The notes beneath the pieces were generated by a model that saw only the letters and a list, made by a program, of their open reading frames with translations, searched no databases and was not told the origin of the DNA. A stretch of DNA of 64,000 nucleotides from an uncultured delta proteobacterium (GTDB taxonomy: Bacteria > Desulfobacterota > BSN033 > UBA1163), in assembly GCA_963708295.1 (NCBI GenBank), contig CAVPSJ010000019.1, forward strand, positions 64,001 to 128,000, written 5' to 3'. Of the stretch, positions 9,333 to 19,248 are shown piece after piece (position 1 is the stretch's first letter; each line of letters begins with the position of its first letter). A program made the position numbers and the translations under genes.

Positions 9333-11740
9333 TTAATTGGAGCCGTCAGTACAGCCTTTGGCCTCTCTTTTTTGGGACATCGTGCTGTTTTATCGAGATG
9401 GCAGCCGTTTTTACACCCCGTTTTGACATGGCCCGATTCGGGGCAGAGGTCTTGCGCGGATCTCCCCGGCAGGCCGACCTCTTGATCGTGGCAGGCACGG
9501 TCTTCAAAAAGATAGCTCCCGTTATTCTAAGAATCTATGAGCAGATGGCCGAACCCAAATGGGTGATCTCCATGGGATCCTGCTGCAATTCCGGTGGAAT
9601 GTACGACGTTTACAGCGTCGTTCAGGGGTTGAATCAAATCATCCCGGTAGACGTCCACGTCACGGGCTGCCCGCCCCGCCCCGAGGCCCTTGAACATGCG
9701 TTGACCATTTTGCAGAAGAAGATCATTTCGGAAGAAAGGCCGGCGCGTCCTGTCTTGCATCTCCGGGGCGGAACTCAGGGAACAATCCGACCCATTCTGG
9801 TCGACGGAGAAAGCAAATCCAGGGATACCCGGGGCCCTGGGATGGAAGGCATCCCCATTCGTGGGACATCCGTGACCCCGCCTTTACTCTGGGACAGTCG
9901 CTCCGACCTGATGTGGACCCCGCCTCCTCACCGGATCGAGTTGCATGACGTGGACAAATCTCTTGCACAAACGCTGAAGGAAAAATTCGGTGACGCGATC
10001 CGGCAGACTCCTGAGACCTCAGATATGTTGACTTATCATGTCGCGGAAAGTCGCGTCAAAGAAGTCTTGAAGTTTCTAAAAAACGAAACATCACCCAGAT
10101 ACCTGCGACTGGATGACTTAACTGCCATTGATGAATCAGCACGACGCGATCAAAAACCTGTAACCTATTACGACGGGACGGTGGCGCATGAGGTCAGCCC
10201 AGACGGGGAGTCCGCTCGTCCCGACAAAGGAATCTATCCGGATTACACCCTGGTTTATCACCTGCTCTCTTTTGACCCCCCGGGTCGTCTCCGTTTGAAA
10301 GTTGGACTAACAGGCAAAGACCCGGTGACCAAAACAATTACCGATGTTTGGCCTTCGGCAAGCTGGTACGAACGAGAGACTTACGAGATGTTCGGAATCC
10401 GCTTTGACGGCCACCCCGATCTTCGGCGACTGATCCTGCCCCATGACTGGGAAGGATATCCGCTGCGCAAAAGTCACCCCGGGCGCGCCACGGAGATGGC
10501 TCCCTACACGCACGCCTCTGCGGTCGAGCATCAGCCTTTGGATGCAGGAGCCTTTGTCAAGCAAAAGCAAGGGGATCAAGAGCTTCTCGTGTTGAATATA
10601 GGTCCGCAGCATGTGGGCACCCATGGGGTGATGCGGTTCGTTGTCGCCCTGGATGGAGAAAGCATAGCCGATATCAACCTCGATATCGGCTATCATCACA
10701 GAGGAGTTGAAAAGATCGGTGAACGCCAGTCGTGGCACCAATTCATCCCCTATACGGACCGGGTGGATTATATGGGAGGAGTGGCCAATAATCTTTCTTA
10801 TCTCCAATCTGTAGAAACCCTCGCCGGGATCAAGGTTCCGGAGCGAGCCCAGTTCATCCGCGTGATGCTCAGTGAAATTTTCCGGGTCAACAACCACCTC
10901 GTCTGGTTTGGCACCTGCTGCCATGACGTCGGGGCAATGACCCCAACCTTTTATACCTTCCGTGAGAGAGAACAGCTGATGGACATGGTCGAACTCATCA
11001 CGGGTGGCCGCCTTCACCCGTCCTGGTTTCGCATCGGAGGGTTGGCCATGGATCTTCCCGAAGGCTGGAAAGAAGCGGTGGATGCCTTTGTCAAAGTCCT
11101 TCGGGAGCGTATTGGAGATTATGAGGCACTGATCACCCAGAACCCAATCTTTAAAGCACGAACCCAGGGGGTGGGTGTCCTTTCCCTCAAGGATGCAATG
11201 GAATGGGGCGTGACAGGCCCTAATCTTCGGGCCTGTGGTCTGGAGTGGGACGTGAGGAAGAAATTTCCTTATTCGGGCTATGAGAATTTCAATTTCGACA
11301 TTCCTACGGCTACGGAGGGAGATTGTTACGCCCGTTATCTCGTCCGTGTGGAGGAAATACGCCAGAGTTTAAGGATTATCGAACAAGCGGCCAGCCAGAT
11401 GCCAGGCGGCAGGGTTGTGACCGACGACTACCGTTACGCAATCCCTGATAAAAAAGATACGCTGAAGGATATTGAAAGCCTCATCCATCATTTCATCAAT
11501 GTCACTCGGGGACCGAAGATCCCCAAAGGCGAGGCTTATACGGCCACTGAGATCTCCCGGGGGGAGCAGGGTTATTATGTGGTCAGTGATGGACTCAACA
11601 TGGCCTACCGAATGCGAATCAGGGCCCCGGGTTTTGCCAATGTCCAGGTCATGCCGCTCATGGCAAAAGGCGGGCTCCTTTCGGATCTTCTGGCCATCAT
11701 TGGCTCGGTCGATTACATCTTGCCGGATATTGATCGGTAA
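9263..11740 (+). CDS. nuoBCD: Fused NADH-quinone oxidoreductase subunit B/C/D
   Basis: One ORF with NuoB ([15 protein letters not shown]), NuoC ([17 protein letters not shown]) and NuoD ([17 protein letters not shown] end); probable GTG start 9263 after GGAGG. Confidence 0.95.
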   Translation: MGTDSPETPSFTGNIILAKLDGLINWSRQYSLWPLFFGTSCCFIEMAAVFTPRFDMARFGAEVLRGSPRQADLLIVAGTVFKKIAPVILRIYEQMAEPKWVISMGSCCNSGGMYDVYSVVQGLNQIIPVDVHVTGCPPRPEALEHALTILQKKIISEERPARPVLHLRGGTQGTIRPILVDGESKSRDTRGPGMEGIPIRGTSVTPPLLWDSRSDLMWTPPPHRIELHDVDKSLAQTLKEKFGDAIRQTPETSDMLTYHVAESRVKEVLKFLKNETSPRYLRLDDLTAIDESARRDQKPVTYYDGTVAHEVSPDGESARPDKGIYPDYTLVYHLLSFDPPGRLRLKVGLTGKDPVTKTITDVWPSASWYERETYEMFGIRFDGHPDLRRLILPHDWEGYPLRKSHPGRATEMAPYTHASAVEHQPLDAGAFVKQKQGDQELLVLNIGPQHVGTHGVMRFVVALDGESIADINLDIGYHHRGVEKIGERQSWHQFIPYTDRVDYMGGVANNLSYLQSVETLAGIKVPERAQFIRVMLSEIFRVNNHLVWFGTCCHDVGAMTPTFYTFREREQLMDMVELITGGRLHPSWFRIGGLAMDLPEGWKEAVDAFVKVLRERIGDYEALITQNPIFKARTQGVGVLSLKDAMEWGVTGPNLRACGLEWDVRKKFPYSGYENFNFDIPTATEGDCYARYLVRVEEIRQSLRIIEQAASQMPGGRVVTDDYRYAIPDKKDTLKDIESLIHHFINVTRGPKIPKGEAYTATEISRGEQGYYVVSDGLNMAYRMRIRAPGFANVQVMPLMAKGGLLSDLLAIIGSVDYILPDIDR

Positions 11741-12082
11741 GCGAGAAATTCGAAGCACGAAATTCGAAATTTGAAGCAAGTACGAATGTCCAAAATACGA
11801 ATGATCCAAACAATTATTAATCAGCCCATAATTATATGAGCATTGGAAACTAAATCCCCCTTCCCTCCCTTGACTAAAGGGAGGAATTACCCCTCTTTCG
11901 CAAATGGTTCGACTTGCTCACCATCCTGAGCTTGTCGAAGGAGAGGGGCGAGGGGAGATTTTCTGAAGCGTCTATCTTCTTTATTATGGATTCCTTATTA
12001 TTTTTTGAAATTGGAATTTTGGATTTGTTTCGAGTTGGTCCGAGGCAGACGCTTCACCCGATATTCGGATTTCGGATTTGAG
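11741..12082. repeat. Heptamer-armed palindromic element with nested REP-like insert
   Basis: Left arm CGAGAAATTCGAAGCACGAAATTCGAAAT, right arm ATTCGGATTTCGGATTTG; inner 11852-11962 related to 3086-3237. Confidence 0.75.
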
Positions 12083-12090
12083 GTTTTCAG

Positions 12091-12585
12091 ATGTTGCCAA
12101 AGGAATTACTCGAAACGTTGGAGGCAAGGATAGCGAGCGTGGATCATCCTCGGGAACTGGCCGTGGATATCATGCTGGCTTCGCAGAATCACTACGGGTA
12201 TTTGAGCGATGAAGCCCTCGAAGAAGCGGCTCGGCTTCTCGGGATGACGCCCCTTGAATTGGAGGAACTCGCTACCTTTTACGATTTTATCTACCGCGAA
12301 CCCGTAGGGAGATTCGTGATCCACGTTTGCGATGGGGTCGTCTGCTGGATGAACGGATATGATTCAGTGATGGATTATCTCCTCCGGAAACTCGGAATCA
12401 AACCCGGAGAAACAACACAGGATGGGTTGTTTACCCTACTGCCCACTGCCTGTATCGGTTACTGCGACCTGTCCCCGGCCATGTTGATCAATGGAAGGGC
12501 GTACGGTCCTCTCACCCCTGAGAAAATCGACGACATTCTCAACAGGTTGAGAGCTGAACCGCCGAAACCAAGGATGGCAAGGTGA
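12091..12585 (+). CDS. nuoE: NADH-quinone oxidoreductase subunit E
   Basis: ATFYDFIY, CDGVVC, CIGYCD 2Fe-2S ligands. Confidence 0.95.
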   Translation: MLPKELLETLEARIASVDHPRELAVDIMLASQNHYGYLSDEALEEAARLLGMTPLELEELATFYDFIYREPVGRFVIHVCDGVVCWMNGYDSVMDYLLRKLGIKPGETTQDGLFTLLPTACIGYCDLSPAMLINGRAYGPLTPEKIDDILNRLRAEPPKPRMAR

Positions 12586-12590
12586 GCTGA

Positions 12591-13887
12591 ATGGTTCCTC
12601 AAGTGATCTTCCAGAATCGCAAACCAGACCGGATTGCCACGATCGACGAGTATCGCCAAAGCGGTGGCTACGAAGCTCTCACGATGGCCTTACAGAAATA
12701 CTCTCCAAAAGAAGTCCAACAGATCGTCGTCGATGCAAACCTTCAGGGGCGTGGAGGTGCTGGTTTTCCGGCAGGGCTGAAGTGGAAATCCGTTGCGGAC
12801 CATTTTCCCTTTCCAAGGTACATCATCAGCAACATCGATGAATATGAGCCCGGCACGTTTAAAGATCGCGTGATGACCCATGCGGATCCCCATATGATTA
12901 TCGAAGGCATGATCCTCTCAGGATATGCCGTCTCAGCGGAAAAGGGGATCATTTTCGTTCGGCCTTCGTATGAGAACAGCGCCGTGATCCTCGAAAGGGA
13001 ACTGAGGATTGCCAAAGAGGCCGGCTACCTGGGGAGGAATATTCTCGGGAGTCATTTCTCCTTCGACCTGATCGTACATCGGAGCGGCGGGCGGTACATT
13101 TGCGGCGAGGGAACGGCCCAGATCAACGCCATTATGGGAAAGCGGGCCCACCCCGTCCAGTCTCCCATACGTTCGACCGAGAAGGGACTGTGGGATAAGC
13201 CCACTGTCCTCAACAATATGGAAACCCTGGTCAATGTTCCACACATCGTGAGGCATGGAGCGGAATGGTTCAAAAATCTGGCGAAGACCAAAACCAGTTC
13301 CGGAACGAAGCTCTATTGTGTCAGTGGGAAGGTAAACCGGCCCGGCTGTTTTGAACTTCCCATGGGAACCCGGTTAAGCGAAATCGTCGATGAGTGTGCT
13401 GGCGGCATGCTGCCGGGGCATGAATTTAAAACCTGTCTTCCGGGAGGAGCTTCCACTTTGTATCTTCCGAAGAAATATTACGACGTCGAGATGGACTTCG
13501 ATTCGCTCAAAAAAGTTGGAAACCGCCTCGGGACAGGGGCCATTATTGTCTTTGATCAGAAGACCTGCCTGGTTGCGGCGACGCTGAATCTGATCGAATT
13601 CTTTGTCACGAGAATCCTGCGGCTGGTGCACTCCCTGCCGGGAAGCGCTACCGTTTATCAGAGATCTGCTCTGGCGCATCGAGGCTGGAGAGGGAAGAGA
13701 AGAATTCATTCCCATGCTCCGGCGAATGAGCCAACACACGTGGAAATCCTACTGCGCTTTTGCGCCCGGGGCAACCATGCCGGTAACGAGCTTGCTGGAT
13801 CATTTCCCGGAGGAAGTGCACGAGCACATCAGCCAGAGGAAATGCCCCTACAAGGGACAATCCAGGAATAATGGAATGATGGAGTAA
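12591..13887 (+). CDS. nuoF: NADH-quinone oxidoreductase subunit F, one apparent extra base near 13605
   Basis: GRGGAGFP, DEYEPGTFKDR, YICGE; the N3 cluster motif RESCGWCTPCRE lies in shifted frame 13603-13887. Confidence 0.92.
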
Positions 13888-13970
13888 TGGAGTAATGATA
13901 ATACCAACACAAATAAATACTCTTTCTATTATTTTTCCAATATCCCAATACTCCAAGACTCCAACACTCC
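13863..13970. repeat. Octamer-periodic inverted repeat (TGGAGTAA / TACTCCAA)
   Basis: Left GGAATAATGGAATGATGGAGTAATGGAGTAATG, right CCAATACTCCAAGACTCCAACACTCC; similar copies at ~18038-18170, ~19050-19100, ~21173-21260. Confidence 0.75.
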
Positions 13971-13989
13971 CTGTTGCGGTGGAAGGCTT

Positions 13990-16491
13990 ATGCCCAAGCT
14001 AAAGATTGACGGTATAGAAATAGAAGTCGAACAGGGAACGAAGGTCATCGAGGCCGCGGCGCGGCTGGGCATTATCATCCCACGATTTTGCTACCATAAG
14101 GGTCTTGGTTCGGTCGGTGCCTGCCGGATGTGCGCCGTGAAGCTCCTGGAAGGCCCTGTCAAAGGGATACAGATGAGCTGCATGGTGGACGCTTCCGACG
14201 GGATGGCCGTATCAACCACCGACGAAGAGGCCGTCGATTTCCGCAAGCACGTGGTCGAATGGCTTATGATGAACCATCCCCACGATTGCCCGGTCTGTGA
14301 TGAAGGCGGACACTGCTTGCTCCAGGATATGACGGTTGCAGGAGGCCACGGGATACGACGCTATCTGGGAAAAAAGAGAACCTATCACGATCAATATCTC
14401 GGCGTCTTCGTCCAGCACGAAATGAATCGCTGTATCCACTGCTGGCGATGCCGCCGGTTCTATCAGGAGTTCGCCGGCTATCGCGACCTGGGAGCCATGC
14501 AGATTGCCAACCACACCTATTTCGGCCGTTTCCAGGAAGGCCCTCTGGAGAGCCCCTTTTCCGGGAACCTTATCGATCTCTGCCCGACAGGCGTCTATAC
14601 GGACAAACCATCTCGTTTCACCGGGCGGCGATGGGATTTCCAACGTGGCCCGTCCCTCTGCATCCACTGCTCCCTTGGATGTCACATCCTTACGAGCACT
14701 CGCTATCGTGAAATCGTTCGGCTCGAAGCCCGATTCAGCGAATCGGTCAATGGTTATTTCATCTGCGACCGAGGCAGGTACGGTTTTGACTATACCCAGC
14801 ACCCCGAACGGCCAAGACGCCCGAGAGTTGGAACGGGGGAGGTTTCCTGGGAAAATGCAATCCAGAGGGCGGCAGAAAGGCTATCGGAGATTACAGAAAA
14901 GAGCGGGGCACCCTCCGTCGCCTGCCTCGGCTCGACGAGGAGCAGCCTGGAGAATCAGGCGATGCTGAAGCGCTTCTGCGAGCTTCAGGGGTGGCCGGAG
15001 CCCAAATATTTTGTGGATTCTTCGGTCGTGCGAAAGGTTAGAAAAGCGGTCTCGAGGCTGGACAAAAAGCTGGCTATCTCCATGCGAGAGATCGAGCAGG
15101 CCGATTTCATCATCGCTGTGGGCGCGGACCCTGTGAATGAAGCGCCCATGCTGACTCTGGCAATGAGGCAAGCTCACAGGCAGGGTGCAACGATTGCCGT
15201 GATCGACCCCCGGCCCATTTTTCTTCCTTTTGAATTCCATCACTTCCCGGCAACCCCAGAGGATATTCCCCCCTGCCTGAGCGTACTCATCAAAGAGGCT
15301 GTGGATCGATCCTTCGCAGAAACCCTTGGAGAGGCTGCTCTGGTTTTTTATGATCAAGTTCCGAGGAAACAGCCTTTCGATGGATTGTTCAAAGACCAGC
15401 TTGCAACGTTGGGCCAGAAGCTTCGACAAAGCAAGAACCCTGTCATCGTTTGCGGCACTGAAATTACTTCCGAGGCCACTCCCGGCCTCGCCGCCGACAA
15501 CGCCCTCCTTCTGCACGCAGCCAAAAATCGAACCGGTCTCTTCTATCTGATGCCCGGTCCGAATGCCTTTGGAGCAGCACTTCTATCCTCTGAAGAGGGT
15601 TCTTTGATGGAAGTCATGGACGCGATCGAAAGCGGGACGGTCAAGGCCTTGCTGCTGGTCGAGAGTGACCCCTTCCGGAATTTCCCGGATCAACAAAGAT
15701 TGAAGCGGGCCGTCGGGAAGCTGGATCTGCTGCTGGTCATGGACTACCTTCCTTCCGAGGCGGCTCGCGTTGCGCAGATTCTGCTGCCGACACGTACTTT
15801 ATTCGAGATGGAGACCAGTTTTGTAAACCAGGAAGGCAGGATTCAGTTCGCCCCTTCGGCGCATCGTGGTGGCATTCCAATCTCCCAGATCAGCGCGGGA
15901 AGCCATCCGCCACGCCATTTTCGAAGCGAGATCCCGGGAGGGGACCCGGAGCCTGCCTGGGTGATACTGGCCAAACTCGCCCATGCCATGTCCCTGCCGG
16001 GCAGGGAGAGGCCTTCCCTCTCCAAAAGCGAACTCTGGGAGTGGATCAAAAAAGAACATGCGGTCTTTTCTAACGTTCCGTATGCCGATCAATCGTCGGA
16101 GGGTCTTCGAATCGATCTCGAAATCGGAAAAGAGGAACCTTTCCCACGACCCATCCACTCTGAAAAAGATCATCGAAGAGACGGCGAATTAGAACTCCTG
16201 GTTTCGGATTGGACTTTCGGAACGGAAGAGCTTTCCGCCTATTCCAAATTTATCCATCAGGTTGAGGAAGAACCGTGTCTCTTTATGAACCCGAAAGACG
16301 CCTCGAGGATAGGGTTGAAAGATAAAGAGAGGATCACGCTCCACCTCGATAGAGTCCCGTTGGAGGTGGCGTTGCATGTCGCTGACAATGTGGCTCCGGG
16401 CGTGATCATTCTGCCGAAGCATCGACAACTTCCATGGCAACAGATCGGGAGGCGGCCGCTGAAAGTCGGCATTGACCGGATAAGAAAGTAG
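13990..16491 (+). CDS. nuoG: NADH-quinone oxidoreductase subunit G (long form with N7-type motif)
   Basis: IPRFCYH, GACRMC, HPHDCPVCDEGGHC, RCIHCWRC, CPTG, CIHCSLGC...CDRG. Confidence 0.96.
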   Translation: MPKLKIDGIEIEVEQGTKVIEAAARLGIIIPRFCYHKGLGSVGACRMCAVKLLEGPVKGIQMSCMVDASDGMAVSTTDEEAVDFRKHVVEWLMMNHPHDCPVCDEGGHCLLQDMTVAGGHGIRRYLGKKRTYHDQYLGVFVQHEMNRCIHCWRCRRFYQEFAGYRDLGAMQIANHTYFGRFQEGPLESPFSGNLIDLCPTGVYTDKPSRFTGRRWDFQRGPSLCIHCSLGCHILTSTRYREIVRLEARFSESVNGYFICDRGRYGFDYTQHPERPRRPRVGTGEVSWENAIQRAAERLSEITEKSGAPSVACLGSTRSSLENQAMLKRFCELQGWPEPKYFVDSSVVRKVRKAVSRLDKKLAISMREIEQADFIIAVGADPVNEAPMLTLAMRQAHRQGATIAVIDPRPIFLPFEFHHFPATPEDIPPCLSVLIKEAVDRSFAETLGEAALVFYDQVPRKQPFDGLFKDQLATLGQKLRQSKNPVIVCGTEITSEATPGLAADNALLLHAAKNRTGLFYLMPGPNAFGAALLSSEEGSLMEVMDAIESGTVKALLLVESDPFRNFPDQQRLKRAVGKLDLLLVMDYLPSEAARVAQILLPTRTLFEMETSFVNQEGRIQFAPSAHRGGIPISQISAGSHPPRHFRSEIPGGDPEPAWVILAKLAHAMSLPGRERPSLSKSELWEWIKKEHAVFSNVPYADQSSEGLRIDLEIGKEEPFPRPIHSEKDHRRDGELELLVSDWTFGTEELSAYSKFIHQVEEEPCLFMNPKDASRIGLKDKERITLHLDRVPLEVALHVADNVAPGVIILPKHRQLPWQQIGRRPLKVGIDRIRK

Positions 16492-16498
16492 GGAAGAG

Positions 16499-17494
16499 AT
16501 GGTTTTAGAATGGTCTTTGGGATTCATTCTCTTGGTCGTTAAACTGAGCGTTGTGCTGATCCTCCTGCTGACGTGCGCAGCCTACCTGGTTTGGGTTGAA
16601 CGCAAACTTCTGGGAAGAATGCAGGCACGGTATGGTCCGAACAGGGCCGGGCGTTACGGGCTGCTTCAGCCCATGGCGGATGTCATCAAATTGATCACCA
16701 AAGAAGATACGGTGCCCGAGGGCGCCAGCAAAATCATATTTCTCCTTGCCCCGGGCGTGGTCGCCCTCATGGCTTTGCTCATTTTTGCCGTCGTCCCTTT
16801 TGGAAGGAACATCACGCTCTGGGGGAGGCCCGTCCCCCTGGTCATCACAGACCTGAATATCGGATTGCTCTTCGTCCTCGCTCTCTCTTCCATCGGTGTT
16901 TATGGAATCGCTCTGGGCGGATGGGCCTCCAACTCGAAATACAGCCTGCTCGGCGGCATCCGCGGCGTTGCTCAAATGATCAGCTACGAAATCCCTCTGG
17001 GACTCTCCGTCGTTCCGGTGATCATGCTTGCCCGTTCCTTCAGCCTGGTGGATATCACCGACGCGCAGAGCGAATATCCCTTCATCCTTGTCCAGCCGGT
17101 TTCGTTCGTTATCTTTTTGATAGCAGCCGTTGCTGAAATTAAGAGGATTCCCTTCGATTTGCCCGAAGCCGAAAATGAGCTGGGCGCAGGGTATCATACC
17201 GAGTACAGCGGCATGCGTTTTGGTCTTTTCTTTCTGGGCGAGTATATCACCCTGATTATCTTGGGTTCACTGGTGGCCGTCTTTTTTTTAGGGGGATGGC
17301 ATGGTCCGTTGCTTCCACCCATCCTCTGGTTCCTTGTGAAGGTGGGGGGCATCGTTTTCATGCTCATCTGGTTTCGGGCCACCTTCCCCAGAATTCGATA
17401 CGATCAGCTCATGAATACCGGCTGGAAAGTGCTCATCCCGGCTGCCCTGTTAAACATCATCGCGACGGGCGCGTTCATTTTGGTGAAGACCTAG
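16499..17494 (+). CDS. nuoH: NADH-quinone oxidoreductase subunit H
   Basis: [32 protein letters not shown]. Confidence 0.97.
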   Translation: MVLEWSLGFILLVVKLSVVLILLLTCAAYLVWVERKLLGRMQARYGPNRAGRYGLLQPMADVIKLITKEDTVPEGASKIIFLLAPGVVALMALLIFAVVPFGRNITLWGRPVPLVITDLNIGLLFVLALSSIGVYGIALGGWASNSKYSLLGGIRGVAQMISYEIPLGLSVVPVIMLARSFSLVDITDAQSEYPFILVQPVSFVIFLIAAVAEIKRIPFDLPEAENELGAGYHTEYSGMRFGLFFLGEYITLIILGSLVAVFFLGGWHGPLLPPILWFLVKVGGIVFMLIWFRATFPRIRYDQLMNTGWKVLIPAALLNIIATGAFILVKT

Positions 17495-17507
17495 GGAGGA
17501 AGACGTC

Positions 17508-18029
17508 ATGGAAGGCTTAAAAGCGTTAATAAAAGGGCTTGCCACCACCTTGAAAATTCTTTTCCGAAAGCCCGTCACCGAGCAGTATCCGGAGGTTAAA
17601 CGGCTCCTGCCCGCAAGGTCCCGGGCCGTCATCATCCTCACGCGCGATCCGGACGGAGAAGAGCGCTGCGTGGCCTGCTATCTCTGCTCGGCGGTCTGCC
17701 CGGTCAGTTGTATCTCCATGCAGTCAGCCCAGCGCGGGGACGGACGCCGTTACCCCCGATGGTTTCGTATCAATTTTGCCCGCTGTATTTACTGCGGTCT
17801 TTGTGAGGAGGCATGCCCGACGCTTGCCATTCAATTGACTCCTCATTTCGAGACGAGCCAACGGGATATTTTGAAGCTTGTCTATGAGAAAGAAGACCTA
17901 CTGGTCAATCATGGCGGAAAGAACAAGGATTACAATTTCTACCGATATGCTGGCGTCACCATGGTGGGGGATAAAGGAACCCATATTGACGAACAGAAAC
18001 CGGTCGATTTGAAGAGCAACCTTCCGTAG
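17508..18029 (+). CDS. nuoI: NADH-quinone oxidoreductase subunit I
   Basis: Two 4Fe-4S motifs [12 protein letters not shown] and [12 protein letters not shown]. Confidence 0.96.
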   Translation: MEGLKALIKGLATTLKILFRKPVTEQYPEVKRLLPARSRAVIILTRDPDGEERCVACYLCSAVCPVSCISMQSAQRGDGRRYPRWFRINFARCIYCGLCEEACPTLAIQLTPHFETSQRDILKLVYEKEDLLVNHGGKNKDYNFYRYAGVTMVGDKGTHIDEQKPVDLKSNLP

Positions 18030-18218
18030 TAACCACCTGGAGTAATGGAGTAACGGAGTAGTGAAAAAAAGGCAAAAGAATCTGGAACAATGGAATCGTG
18101 GAATAATGGGAAAACAATTAAAACCTTTATACCCAATATTCCATTCTTCCAATATTCCAGTATTCCTGAACACTCTATCGGAGGTCTGAACTGACTCTTC
18201 CATGCCGTTATCTTTTAT

Positions 18219-18737
18219 GTGCTCGGCATCGTCATCCTGACGGCAACGGGACTCGCCGTCACCCGGCGGCAACCGGTTCATGCCGTGCTCTATCTGATCG
18301 TTGCTTTCTTGGGCACAGCAGCTCTTTTCTTCCTGCTTGGGGCACCGCTCTTGGCCGCCTTCGTGGTCATCATCTACGCAGGGGCGATCCTGGTCCTCGT
18401 CCTATTTGTGATCATGCTGCTTCAGCGGTCTCCCCGGGAGCTCAGTTTGCGGTCTGAGTGGGGGCCTGCCGTGCTTTTGGGAATCATCTTTCTCGCCGTT
18501 GCCGTTGCGACGGTCTTCAAGGACCCCGGCAGCAGAATCGTCCTCCAGGGCGCTGTCGCCCAGCCCCGCGACTTCGGTCGTTTCCTCTTCGACAGATACT
18601 GGCTGGCCGTTGAGATCGTCTCCATCCTGTTTCTCGTTGCTCTGGTGGCTATCCTTCACTTAGGTAAGAGAAGGGAAGCGGACGGCGACGAGGACCCCGT
18701 TAGAAATCCCAACGGGGCAAAGGAGGGCCACTCATGA
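18219..18737 (+). CDS. nuoJ: NADH-quinone oxidoreductase subunit J
   Basis: PVHAVLYL, IIYAGAILVL; in-frame upstream codons LFHAVIFY and a GGAGG SD at ~18180 suggest a true start near 18191 that is out of frame. Confidence 0.9.
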   Translation: MLGIVILTATGLAVTRRQPVHAVLYLIVAFLGTAALFFLLGAPLLAAFVVIIYAGAILVLVLFVIMLLQRSPRELSLRSEWGPAVLLGIIFLAVAVATVFKDPGSRIVLQGAVAQPRDFGRFLFDRYWLAVEIVSILFLVALVAILHLGKRREADGDEDPVRNPNGAKEGHS

Positions 18738-19039
18738 TCGTTCCTTTAGGCCATGTCTTTCTTCTGGCAGGGATTGTCTTCGCCATGGGCCTCGTCTGTC
18801 TCGTGGCCCACCGAAACTTAATTATGACACTCATCGGTGTGGAAGTGATGATGAATGCGGCGGCCATCGCCTTCGTCGCGGCGGCCTTGCGCTGGAGGTT
18901 GATGGAAGGGCAAGCCTTTGTCCTCTTCATCCTCGCGGTGTCCGCGGCCGAGATCTCCTTGGGGCTGGCGCTGGTCGTCAGTCTGTATCGACGAACCGGC
19001 TCGATCGATCCGGACCGTTACGACATCTTGAAATGGTAG
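18734..19039 (+). CDS. nuoK: NADH-quinone oxidoreductase subunit K
   Basis: RNLI, EVMMNAA, GQAF, AAEISLGLAL. Confidence 0.96.
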   Translation: MIVPLGHVFLLAGIVFAMGLVCLVAHRNLIMTLIGVEVMMNAAAIAFVAAALRWRLMEGQAFVLFILAVSAAEISLGLALVVSLYRRTGSIDPDRYDILKW

Positions 19040-19112
19040 TTAAAGAAACTGGAATAATGGAACGCTGGACCCATCATTCCAATATTCCATTATTCCATCC
19101 GGGTCTCCGGGC

Positions 19113-19215
19113 CCCCCTTTTCCCCTCCCCCTTGGGGGGAGGGCGAGGGTAGGGGTGAAATCCCGGGTGAATTTGGCCCCCTCACCCCAACCCTCTCCCT
19201 CCAGGGGAGAGGGAG
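19113..19215. repeat. REP-like G/C-tract palindrome pair
   Basis: CCCTCCCCCTTGGGGGGAGGG...GGGGTG facing CCCCTCACCCCAACCCTCTCCCTCCAGGGGAGAGGG. Confidence 0.7.
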
Positions 19216-19248
19216 TTATTGGATGAAAACAACCGAGGTAAGCCAACA

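Noticed and set aside
12583-12591. Sec read-through fusing nuoE to nuoF
   Set aside because: nuoF is in a different frame and NuoE is complete at its TGA.
13590-13620. Programmed ribosomal frameshift in nuoF
   Set aside because: No canonical slippery site or evident stimulator; a single extra base explains it.
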